64,000 bases of DNA, taken from Takakia lepidozioides (taxonomy: Eukaryota > Plantae > Bryophyta). Positions 14,801-25,947 of the stretch are shown here, one piece after another. A program made the position numbers and the translations under genes. Numbering within the stretch: position 1 is the stretch's first letter; each line of letters opens with the position of its first letter. The notes under the pieces are model-generated. The model was not told the DNA's origin. It saw nothing but the letters and a program-made list of their open reading frames with translations, and did not search any database. The stretch spans positions 1,116,001 through 1,180,000 of the forward strand of contig CM060731.1 of assembly GCA_030704615.1 (NCBI GenBank). Reading direction: 5' to 3'.

Positions 14801-17444
14801 TTTGTATTTTTGTGAATGGCGTTGACGCCATTCACATACAGTGATGTTGTGAGGTCCTCAGTGATAGGTTCGTTATGAATGTGCATTGAGTTTTCCTGGA
14901 TGGTTCCTTACTCAATTTTTTTATTTCCATCCTGTGATTTTGCTTCATTTCAGTAATAATTTGGCTTCATTCTTGAATGTCGTTGACGACATTCACTTCT
15001 ATGTCTGTGTCATTTCTAATCGCTTATTTGCATTCACCTGGATTAGGATGTATTTACAGTGTCATGGAATGGAATGTTCTGAATGGCGTTGACGACATTC
15101 ATATCTGGAGCAGTAGTGTGGTCCTGAAAGGTCCTTGGAGCAGTTGTCAGAGCCATTTCAATCCATGTTTTATTCTTTCTGTTCTACTTGCATCTTACTC
15201 ACTGAGCGCTTTTGTGGGTTGGGATTCATCTCCTTTTTTCAGGTACACGAAATATGTGCTTATGGAAGGAAATCACCTGAGCGGAATTCCCGACTATCTT
15301 GACATGTGGTCGGACCCTGCAAACGATCCAACCATGTATACTGCAGGGATATTGAAGGACTGGAGTCCTTCTCACTTCAGAGACTGTGGGTGGTACCTTG
15401 ACTGCCCACCTGAGCACACGACCTTTCAAGAACAGCATATGAAATACTTGAACAATAACGCTGAGATGCTGGCGCCTTTGACTGACGAAGAGTATCAACG
15501 AAACATAGCAACCTTGGCTGCCAAGGAGCCTGATGCTCAGGGAACGCCGCAGAAGGGAAAGAAGGCGGGCCGCAAACCAAAAGACAAGGCTGTTGATGTC
15601 ATAGCCATCTCACCAGCAAAGCCAAAGGACAAAGACAAGTCCAAAGAGAAGGAAAAGGACAAGGGGAAGGAGAATGAAAAGGAGATGGAGAGTGGGCAGG
15701 ACTTTACTGCTGGAAGATATACCCGCACTCTTCAGTGCGTGTTCGATGCCAAGCCACACCCTTCCCGTTCTGATTCAGCAGGAGAGATGAAAATTGTTAA
15801 TGAGGGTTGGCTTTCGATGATGCAGAGTCGAAAGAGAGGATACACTGGGGTGCCATCCCCTACCTGGGACAATATAATCTCATTCCTCAATCTGGTGAGA
15901 ATTCCATTTTCTTTCCTTTTTCTCTGAATGTTTCGTTGGCAGTATTTCAGTCTCGTTCTTTGAAAACATTCTTGCCATCGTTCTTATAAAAAACATGTCT
16001 GTTGCAGGTGAGCACAGGTCCCACCTTCGTGTGCGGTGTGCAGAAAACTTATGCGGCCGACATTGTCATTCTCGACATCCCGGATGGCCAGGCTGTGCCA
16101 GAAGTTCTTCCAAAGGGCAAGACGCCAGGGTGGAACAAATTCGAGGACAACTACTGGAGTTGGGTATTCGGGTTCTGTAACAATTTCCTCTCTGATGCAG
16201 GGACACTTCTGCTTTTTCAGTCATGTGACAATGATAGTCGTCGGGCATTGGCATCATACCTCAAGTCTTCAGGGTTTGAAGTTTTGCGCACATGGAATTG
16301 TGTGAACAGCCTCTACCTTGTGAAAGGGGTTTCCCTGGTCAGCTGGTATGCCGTCTGCCTTCTGCTTATGCTTTGATCATGAGTTTCAATTTTCTCTGCA
16401 GCTCCACTCTAGTAGAATGTTTTATGATCGACACCGATCATCAACGATTCATGGTTTTTTGGTGTCAGAGTTCTGAATAGCCGATGTACACACTTCCACT
16501 TTAGATTGTGTTTACCACACTAACCTGCTATCTTTGGCAGACGAGGATGTTCGAGGCGATCTGCCTGCGGAGGATTCGCACATCAAAGACACCATCCTCC
16601 ATCCGCAGCTTTGAGATTTCTGACCAGGGTTGTTTCGTCAACCCCCCCTATGAGCCCCATGTCGATGACATTTTGTACAACTTCATGCAGTCCAGTCAGA
16701 CTCTGAAGAGACCAGATGGCACTCCCTGGAGAGGTGCAAAGGAAAAGTCACCAGCATTCATGCAAATACTGCTGGAGTCATGCAGCCACCGCTCTGCACG
16801 GGTTGTCGATCTTTCTGTGTCCACAGGTTCGTTTTCTCCCTTCCGAATTGGTTTCCTTTCAACAGTTTCATCTGCTTAAATCCCCTCCTCCAAACTGTTT
16901 ATGTTCTCTGTCTGGTGCAGGAGCAACTTACCACGCATGCAAGGCAGGCGGAAGAAGCCTTTTTGGTATGGAGGGTGATTCTGACCTCTACAACACAGTG
17001 CTCCTCCCCCTTTTGTCTGGCTCCACTTCAGGCACACAGACTGATCGGATTCATATTCGAAATGATGACGATCCCGAAGATAAGCAGGTCGACAACGACT
17101 TTTCATGTGAGTAAGTGCTAAACCCTCTTTGGGAGTCATACTCAATTTCTTGATAACATCAAAGTTACAGTAAAAACTTTTTCAGGCTGTCTTTCAGGAA
17201 AGCCAGCGGTGGATCTTCAGGAGATATAGTCATTTCTGGCGAGTCTGTTTTCGACAGCCCCCTTTCCAATTTTCTGCTCCCTGTTTATGCCGAAGCAATG
17301 GCACTTCACGCGTCCGAGTCCCTATCCCCTGACTTTTTAGTGGCCAGCCGTAGGTGTATTCCGCGTGGATCCGGTGTTCTAAAATACTTAGACTTAGATG
17401 CAGAGGAAGAGGGGATACATTGTACTGACTCTGAGTCAGACTGA
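11809..17444 (+). CDS. Multi-exon (~10 exons) ParB/Srx-like domain + beta-class N4C/N6A methyltransferase-like fusion (element A gene 2)
   Basis: Exon 12549-13177 has IPLCRM...VVRP...FYVWDGNHRLLAW. Later exons have ADIVILDIPDG, FLSDAGTLLLF and KEKSPAFMQILLESCSHRSARVVDLSVSTG|ATYHACKAGGRSLFGMEGD, matching the N6_N4_Mtase pattern KP..L...lI...s..gd.VLDpF.GsGtT..Aa...gR...GiE.d. GT-AG introns are conserved in position with elements B and C. Start codon and some splice sites are tentative. Confidence 0.8.
14378..15101. repeat. Seven dispersed intronic copies of the 22-bp palindrome TGAATGTCGT-TG-ACGACATTCA
   Basis: Copies near 14378, 14499, 14610 (degenerate), 14705, 14813, 14974 and 15080. Degenerate copies also in intron 1 (about 12190-12505). 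Confidence 0.88.
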
Positions 17445-18141
17445 ACTGTATTCTTTTAATATTCATTTTCATATTATCTGGAAACGTTGAATCCCCTTAC
17501 TCTACCGTAGTTGTTCCTTTAGAACAAATAATAATCACAGAATCAACTTTCGTTTACATTGCTATATGTATGAATCCATCTCACAAACCTTCCTGACTCT
17601 TCTCATATCCATTGTGCATTCATCTACACTGTATTCATGCGTGCTCCATTCATGAAAGCTTCCTTTGTACAACATCCATTGTACATTCATCCTCTGTACT
17701 CTTTAATCCACCCCACAAACCTTCCACACTCATTTCATATACTTTGTGCATTCGTCAAAAGATTTGGTCATGCATCTTCCTGTCATGAATTTTTGTCATT
17801 GCTCAACATCCATTATACATTCATCCATTTTACTCTTATCCATCCGTCATTCATCCATCTACATAGATTTTTCAAACTCATCCATCTGTTTATCATCCAA
17901 CTGTACATTCATCCATCATTTATTCAATGCCTTTTATTATGTCGTCCAGCTTGTTTCCGCGGTAAAGGGTGCCAATCCGCGGGAATACACTCCACTTCTT
18001 TCTAGGTGCGTGGTGACTCGGCCTCCACGTGTGATGACGTGGACTGAGACCCGTGACGTGGCATTTGCGCAAGGTGACGTGGCGTGAGCGCAGTCGCGCT
18101 CACGTGACCAGGCTCACGCCGAGGCATCCCTGAGCAAATAC

Positions 18142-19760
18142 ATCTCTGTATTTGATGAATAAGCTCTTAGCTTCCTCAAAGAATTCAGGTTCCAAGTCAG
18201 CCCCTACCTTCACCATTATTGGTTCATCCTCAGTTTCCCACATTAACTTCTCTCACTTGCTCTTTAGCTACACGATGGTCCACCCAGCCACTATTTCATC
18301 CTGTAGACTAATGGTGGCTGGTTCTTCTAGGATTTCCATTTCTCCCTCTCTTTCTTCATAGAAATGTGGTGGTAACTGCTTTCTTCCCCCTCAACTGGTA
18401 TTGTTGTCACTGCACCACAACATATACCCTTTAAGCAACTCAATCCTCCCAGTTGCATTTCTGCAACCTGCTCCCACTATGGATGTGCATCAAACAGGGT
18501 AGCCTCCTACTCTTCATCAAGTCCTCCCGACCAGTCATACTGTCTGACTCCACTCTCCGGGTAGCATATAGCCTACCAGATTTCTTTGTTGTGATCTGTA
18601 TCTTGTGCTTCCCATTGTGCACAGTTAGTAACTGGGAATTCCAGTCATGGAATACCCTGGCCTGTTTCAACCATGGTCGTCCTAGCAATAAGGAATAAGC
18701 TTCCATGACATCATCCATCTTCAACACAGTTACTGTGATATTGAAAACCATCTTTTGAATCTGTATTTTTACTCCTCTTATCAAGCCCAATGGCTGTACA
18801 CTTCTTTGATCTGCCATTGTTACTGTGAATGGGGCTGGTTTCATGTTACTAAGACCAAGCTTCTGCCTTAATTGGTCTGCCGTGATATTCACTTCCGAGC
18901 CCCCATCTATCAGTACATCAGTCAACTCTGTGCTTCCAATTTTCAATTGGATTACTGGCATGGAGTCATCATAGTCCATGACAGTTTCTTGCCCTTCAGG
19001 CTTCACGTTATAGCTTGTCACCTTGCTACATAGGTCTATACTTTCTGTTACATGAGCAATCTGATTGATTGCTTGATACAGCCTGTGTCTGAAGTGGGGT
19101 GCTACAGCCAATAGCTGCCCAATTGTAATCTTTGCTTTGGATTGGCATATGACTTCAGCCAATGCCCCTTCAGCATTTGACAGCTGTGAAACATCATGCT
19201 TAATTGTTTCCTCATCTTCATCTTCTTCATTTTCTTCTTCAGAGTCTGATGACTCTGTTATAGGGATATCCGTCTATTTCTGCATTTTTTCTGCCACTTC
19301 CTTGTGCAATTCCTTCTCTTCCCTCCAGGCCTCATCATCCTCAGGCGCCACATCACTGTCATCCTCATTATCCTCTTCACCTTCATCTACATGAGACAAT
19401 AACTTAGCCTTACTTCTGGTAACTATCATGGTACTCACTTCTGGTACAAAACATGACATTACCATGTGTGCTGCCACTACTGGGCCTTCATTTGCAACGT
19501 CAGTCAAAATCTCTGAGGTGGGGCCGCAGATTTTTGAGAGATGACAGTTTCCAATCAATTGGGATTCGTCAGATTTATTGGGTAACCCTCACAAGGTATA
19601 CCTCAATTCGGAGGATGGCTACGGATGGGGAAAGATTACCACCATATTGCTAAGTTTGATTGGATCAAGGGATTGGGCAGGAGGGCAGCAACAACCAATA
19701 CACCATGGCCTCGGAACATTACATGAACTTTGGGGGTTTGCAGTAACGATGCTACCGCGT
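18142..19760 (-). pseudogene. Ty3/Gypsy gag C-terminus, aspartic protease and start of RT (5' part of the element interrupted by A)
   Basis: Protease VLIDGGSEVNI...YSLLLGRPWL (18440-19162). The frame continues into 6787 across element A. Confidence 0.9.
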
Positions 19761-19987
19761 TAGCCTGACGTGTGAGCATACGAGCCTACCAACCACCTAC
19801 AAAATCCACCCACACTCCCAATCCCAAACGAAATGAGGAATGATGCATTTTGGGAACGATGGATACAGAATAGAACAAAAAGACGGCACTATGGGGTTTT
19901 TATTGATCCACATGAATTGCATTTGAAGCACGTCTACTGTGCTGATTGTGCAAACAAATCTTTAGCCCTGTGCCTTCTGAATACAAG

Positions 19988-20698
19988 TCACGTTGTCAAT
20001 GGGACTTCGACTGCTCTGAAAACTAGCTCATGAGTCATCGGGCTCCTCCAGGTAAACTGGATTGTAGCCGTTGTACCGCCCCTGTTGATGTTCACCACAA
20101 TGTCGTGCCCTTCAATCATACCACCATCGAATATGGAAAGCTTCAAGTTTTCGTCATCCACACCAATGCAAATGTCCCCATACAATGGAGAAGAGGAGCA
20201 CACTCCTTCAGGAGAATACGTCTCCCCGATGGAGTCCACCCACGTCCACTGGCAGCAGTTCCGCAACAGCATAGCAGTGCGCATTCTTCTGCATGGGTGC
20301 CCGTTGTAGCTGGGAAAATCGGAATCAAGGATGCGCAGGAGCCACGGACTCCTTAGACCAAGATCGTCACCCCGCTCGAAGGCGTACTGGCCTGGGATAT
20401 ACTCAAAAGCGGACATTGTTTCCACATTCGAACCAGTATCTTCTGTGTAATCTGTGTACCAGATAACGATGTCTCCTGATGTGGCCGAATACATTGCATA
20501 ATCGATGCCTCCATAAGGGCACTCGTCCCGGTTCCGGAAGCACGGCATCCTTGCAAAGGAGGACCTAAGGACGTCTTTGATGCCGATGACAATGACCTTG
20601 CGGATAGCAACGAAGCCCTTAGATTTTCGAAATGATGAGAAGCGGAAGAGCAGTGCGGGCTCCAATAATGGAGCATCTGGGTCACAAGTACCCACCAA
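19988..20698 (-). CDS. Cargo gene X of unknown function (236 aa)
   Basis: Open ORF, near-identical to 55675-56388 and paralogous to gene Y (MPC.RN...CPY.G.DYAM....SGDI, YxFERG, CCQWT, YGDI, DGGMI). Confidence 0.6.
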   Translation of the reverse strand: MVGTCDPDAPLLEPALLFRFSSFRKSKGFVAIRKVIVIGIKDVLRSSFARMPCFRNRDECPYGGIDYAMYSATSGDIVIWYTDYTEDTGSNVETMSAFEYIPGQYAFERGDDLGLRSPWLLRILDSDFPSYNGHPCRRMRTAMLLRNCCQWTWVDSIGETYSPEGVCSSSPLYGDICIGVDDENLKLSIFDGGMIEGHDIVVNINRGGTTATIQFTWRSPMTHELVFRAVEVPLTT

Positions 20699-21074
20699 TC
20701 ATCGTGTAACGTGTTCATCATGCCAGCGGTGGATGAACCGATACCTCTTTCTCATCCACGGGGTATAGTTTGAAATCTGCCACCGAAGTCCATCCCCCGG
20801 ATGGAAATTCGGCGCCGCATTTACATCGAAGGGGGGATGGACTTCGTCGTCTCGAGTGGCTATAGGCCCACCTGGCACTTACTGCCCATAGTTTGCATGG
20901 CAGGGAAGGAAACTGAAACGGCTACATTCATGGAGCAGCCAATCTTCATCCGTGCAGGTTCCTGTAGGGGGAAAATTTAAATGTGCCCTGGAGTGTTTGT
21001 GAGGAATTGCAGCGTTTGCTTGAACTTCTTCCAGCCACCGCGCTGCTGCCTCCTCCATCCGGGAGCTGCTGTCA

Positions 21075-21560
21075 TTGAGCGTACTCCGCTACTCTTTTTC
21101 AAGGATGCCGTGCCGCCGAAATCCTGCTGACTGCCCTTATCATGGCCACGATTATGCTATGTTCAAACCAGAATCAGGAGACATCATTGTCTGGCTCTCT
21201 GTTTTCACAGACGCTTCTGGAATCAAGCGGGAGTCTTTGCACGCAATGGAGTATTTGGAGGGCTATTACCGCTTTGAGCGAGGTGAGGGCGAGGGTCAAT
21301 GCGGTCCGTGGGTCTTGAAAATTGTTGACCTCGATATACCAAGGTGGAATGGGATGCCGGACAGATCACGCACGGCCTCACTTTGGCGCTGGAACTGCTG
21401 CCAGTGGACCAAGGAGGACGGCACCGGGGAAAACTATATTCGTGGAGTTCACTCCGCTCTTGCAGTGTATGGAGACATTCGGCTGAGTTGCGAAGACGAA
21501 TCGCACGAGCACATGAGGCCCACAGTGACCTTGTCAATGTATGATGGTGGTATGATTGAT
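21075..21560 (+). pseudogene. Cargo gene Y, paralogue of X, broken at an inversion breakpoint
   Basis: Aligns to X up to DGGMID. An X-like C-terminus (ATALQFTSRCRISNELVLRAIEVPSTW*) lies on the minus strand at about 23969-24052. Confidence 0.6.
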
Positions 21561-21627
21561 AAGTTCTGGTACCCTTGGTGGAGTTGACGACAATTCGATT
21601 TCTAATCGTTCCCCACTGTGTATGCAG

Positions 21628-22720
21628 ACGAAGCAGTTCGATGCATACTGCTTTGTGAAGGAGAACTCCACCTTTGCTTTCCGGAAGGAGGGATTGTTGG
21701 TTGACCCGAACTGCGACCCCATCGATTACGACGTCCTGTTCAACAACGTTCCCATGGAACTTCTCCCTCATAGCCTCACTTCAACGAAACCCCTGCGGTA
21801 TTCACGGACTCAGGGCCCTGCCTTCATTCAGACAATTATGGAGACATACAATGACGTGGAGGGCACAGTGCTCGACCTCATCTGTGGGACAGGTATGCAG
21901 AATCTTGTTCTATGTTGTTCTGCAAATTCTCGTTATGCTTTAATTCGCAACATCTGAAGGGCCATGTTATAATGTGTGGATGGCATTGTAACAGGTGCCT
22001 CAATGTGGGCTGGGCGGTTTTCCGACCGGCACCTCTTTGCCTATGAGGAGGACACATCCGTCTGGGGATCCCATCTGGAAGGGCTGCAACGGAATGTGAA
22101 GGCTCCCATCAAAGCCAAAGACTCCTTGGATTCGTCGGAGTCGGAGGAAGAGACAGTGGACATTGATGCCGAGGAGAACCTAGACTACGAGTGAGTGCAA
22201 ACATTGTAAGTTTGCAAAGCCTTCTGGGTGATTTTTTGTCAAACGCATTTCCGGACTGTGGTTCTCATTGGTCTCGTTGGTGATTGTTATGTGCAGGATT
22301 CCAGGATCCGGGTCGAAACATGTAGGGCCTACACTTCCTGCCAGGAAGAATGTCCCGTTTTTTGCGAGGGCCGACTTCATGACGAGCCCGGTGAAGGACT
22401 ACTCCCTTCCTAGTTATGCAGCTAAACTCGCAAATACAACGATTAGATGATGTGAGAATCCCAGTAAAGTAGAGCAGATTTTGGAGAGGGCTAGGGAGGA
22501 CAGAAGGATAAGGAAAGAGTTGGCAACAGCTGAGACAGGTAGACGGGTGCGAAAGTTCATATGTGATTCAGCGGATGAGAGCGATGCAGACAGGGAGGAC
22601 GACGACCCAACGGAGGTGAGATGGTCGGTTCCGCAAGGGGAAGATGGGATTTTCGAAAGCCTGACCAACGAGCAGTCCGCTGGAGATGAGAAAGGCAATG
22701 ACGGGGTGGAGGCGGAGTAG
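21628..22720 (+). pseudogene. Last three exons of element C gene 2 (MTase C-terminal half and terminal exon), inverted
   Basis: TKQFDAYCFVK...PAFIQTIMETYNDVEGTVLDLICGTG|ASMWAGRFSDRHLFAYEED and RKNVPFFARADF...VRWSVPQGEDGIF match B 25948-27075. One in-frame stop at about 22448. Confidence 0.85.
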
Positions 22721-22899
22721 GACAGTCAAGGACATGACGACGATAGTGATGATTTTCAAGATTAATAGAATTTTAATGAACTCTCTGTACATTTAAATTC
22801 TCTTCCAGAGTATATAAGGGAAATTCTCCCCATCCTTCATGTCCCCTCTCCCATGTGCTTCTCAACGACACCATCGTCCAAACCACGTCCCTCCCAAAA

Positions 22900-23680
22900 T
22901 CGGAAATGCGGCACCGCATTTCCATGTAGGAACGAAAATGTGGCAACTGTAAAAACCTCCTTTGGAAATGCGGCACCGCATTTCCAAAACCGGGGCAAGA
23001 ACAATTTTCCGTTTCATGGTTTGCACATCAGAAACTGTTCGGCCGAACGGAAATGCGGTGCCGCATTTCCGTTTTCGACACGGCAGTTTTGCCGATTGCC
23101 AGCTCCTTCCATGGAGGTAAATGGAAATGCCACCCCGCATGCGGAGGTCGAACACGTTATCTAAATGGCGGACATGGAAATGCGGTGCCGCATTTCCAAA
23201 ACAGACATCGTTGTTTGTCCAATTCCAGACCCGTGTGGGCATTTCGTCTTGTTGGACGGAAATGCGGCACCGCATTCCATTGTCCAATACGAAATTTTGA
23301 TGACGGACATGGAAATGCGGTGTCGCATTTCCAGAACGGACATCGTTGTTTGTCCAATTCCAGACCCTTGGACGGAAATGCGGCACCGCATTCCATCGTC
23401 CAATAAGAACTTTCGATTGCCAAACATGGAAATGCATCGCCGCATTTCCAAGGCCCACATCGTTGTTTGTCCAATTCCTGACCCGTGTGGGTATTCCGTC
23501 TAGCTGGACGGAAATGCGGCACCGCATTCCATTGTCCAATACGAAATTTTGATGACGGACATGGAAATGCGGTGCCGCATTTTCAGAACGGACATCGTTG
23601 TTTGTCCAATTCCAGACCCTTCGACGGAAATGCGGCACCGCATTCCATTGTGCTCTCCAGAAATGCGGTGCCGCATTCCA
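22900..23680. repeat. Array of the 22-bp palindrome GGAAATGCGG-(CA/TG)-CCGCATTTCC, ~60-bp spacing
   Basis: More than ten copies; the spacers are themselves repeated (gacatcgttgtttgtccaattccagaccc; attgtccaatacgaaattttgatgacggac). Confidence 0.92.
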
Positions 23681-24065
23681 TTGTCCATTTCCGAGCTTCG
23701 GCATGTACATGTTTCCTTTTACTCATACATGGATTTCCTTCACCTCAGGACTTTGATATCGCTTACTCTGGTATATTCATATGGACAGACACATTGTAGA
23801 AATGAGACCACAAATTGTAAACAGTGGGCCAATTACGGCAGTTCTTGAACACAATGAAACACAAGCACACAGAAGTGAGGTACGATGGGTTGTTTTATTG
23901 ATCGAACACGGTGTCTCACATTTAGCAACTCCAGACAAATCTAAGCCCTTCCTTCTTCTACATGGGCGTCACCAAGTCGACGGAACTTCGATAGCCCTCA
24001 AAACAAGCTCATTACTGATGCGGCACCTCGAGGTAAACTGCAATGCGGTCGCATTTCAAAACACC

Positions 24066-25702
24066 TAAGAAAATGAAAGGACGAGTGCCAATGTCGTAAT
24101 TACCTTCTTCCCTTCCGACCGAAGGCCCAATGTGTTGATGCACGTCCACTTCTTCTTCAGAATTGGGACGGCGCTCTTGCGGGTCCACTTCGCAATTCCT
24201 GTCTGCGTGTTTTTTCCTTTGCTCGTCAGGACAACCACACAGCCTCTGTCGTCCAACACCATGCGGGCGAGCCCGAATCCTTTCTTCCAAAAGTCCTCGG
24301 AGAACCTGTTCCAAGATGGCAAAGCTTGCAGTCCTTCCACAGGCTCTCCGTCCGGAATATCCAAGATGATCATATCGCAAGACCACTCGGTGGCATTTCC
24401 GCCCCTCCTACAATCCTTGTCTGCACACACCCTCTCAAAGAAGGAGACCATCTTCAGAAACCCAGGGGTGTCGGAAGGCTCTTCGGCAGCCGCCTTCTTC
24501 AGTGCTCTGCCCTTCAGACCCTCCATGGTCTTCACGTATGCCAACTTGGCTGCCCGTCCATCCAAAGCCACCAAGAAACTCTCATTTACACACTGGACTA
24601 CTGTATCGGGATCCACTTTCGGCCTCTTCATTTCCACCGACTCGAAAGGGTGCCCCCCCGGGGGTTGAAGAGTGCCTTCTTTGCCGAGCCTGTTCTCGTC
24701 CCTCTCATGACAACGGTGGGCACAGGGGATTTCGGCTGCGTTTTGGGGGGTGGGCTGGTTGCAAAGTCTCCATCGGAGTCCTCTTTGTCACCTTCTTCCT
24801 GCTCTATCTGTTTCTGCTTCTTCGTTTTCTTGGGTGTCACAACTACTGCTCCTTGCTGGCGAGTCCTCTTCTTCGACCCCTTCTGTTGAGCCTGCACAGT
24901 TGCATCCACCGTCTTCTGTGCCATCTCAGCTGCCTTTCTGGATTGTTCCATAGCAGCAACTTCATTTGCCGACTCTGGCCCAGCAGGGACACGTCTTTCC
25001 TTTCTCTTCTCTTCTGCTTTCGCGTGCAGATCTTTCTTAGACTCGTCAACAATTCCTCCAGACATGTCCAGGTACCCACGGGCATCCAACGAGATGCGCG
25101 GCATGCCATTGTTTCTGTATCTCGGGTGTGTAGACACAACTTGGGCCCGCCACGGTCCAAGCCATGAAGAACGGGGGCTCTTGAGCCAGGGCCCCTGTCT
25201 GAAGAAGCACGTATTTCATATACCTGCAAGGCAGTCAGCATGCGTGAGCAAAAGTTAAGACCAACGTACTCGCAGAGTGCAACCGAAAACATAAAATGCG
25301 AATGCGGTGCCGCATTTCCCAGACAAACCTCATAACCAGGCTTCGCATACAAGGGCAGCTGGGCTTCACCTGTAAACAATTCGCATTGCAACTTTTCCCG
25401 CTCCCTCCTGATGTGTAAACTCCACGCTCCTTCTTGCTGTCTGTAGCTCCCTGGCGAAGAGGTTGTCCTTGTACGCACATCTGAAACGTGTCACGTAATC
25501 TTCCAATGTCTGTGTTCCATCCCATTTGACGTACAAGCCGAACGAATTTGTATGCATTACGACTTGCTCCTTCGCATTCGTCATTACCTGCGATTCCCAC
25601 ATGCATTGTCACGTAGCAGTTCAGGGAATTCATTTCAGAAAAGCAAATCTGGGGAAGTACCTTGAATTACCTGGAACCACCAAGTCATGCGGTTGAGCCA
25701 CA
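24066..25702 (-). pseudogene. Middle exons of element C gene 2 (includes MTase motif CDMIILDIPDG)
   Basis: QCVNESFL...CDMIILDIPDGEPVEGL...WNRFSEDFWKKGF...LDDRGCVVVL closely matches B 27097-27741. Confidence 0.85.
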
Positions 25703-25947
25703 CATCCACTGGGGGGCTGCTATTTCATGAGTGGCATGAGCATGAGCGGCATGAGCATGAGCGGAAAAAAAAAAAGCATGAGCAGACCATTGTGAGTCCA
25801 CGGAAATAGGGTTAGGAGGCACGGAAATAGGGTCATGTGAAGTTGGAATGTGGCACCAGTGGACTTGAAATGCAACATTTTATTGCAAATTTTGTGGCAA
25901 TCCACGTCTATACAAGTGTGTTCTAATTGTCATAGCCGGAATGGGCA

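Larger units (their letters stand above)
6788..18132. mobile_element. MULE-type DNA transposon, element A (11,345 bp), apparently intact, two divergent genes
   Basis: 9-bp TSD AGCAAATAC at 6779-6787 and 18133-18141. Imperfect TIRs CAACGACGCAATGGCGTGAGCGTTG-CACGTGAGCGCG and (reverse complement) CAGGGATGCCTCGGCGTGAGCCTGGTCACGTGAGCGCG. Removing it restores the Gypsy RT frame KYRDVFA|WSYEDLKG. Confidence 0.95.

Noticed and set aside
22900-23680. CRISPR-like look of palindromic repeats with ~35-40 bp spacers (also 33060-35090, 42500-43070, 61880-62716)
   Set aside because: Spacers are duplicated rather than unique, there are no cas genes, and the context is a eukaryotic intron-containing transposon.
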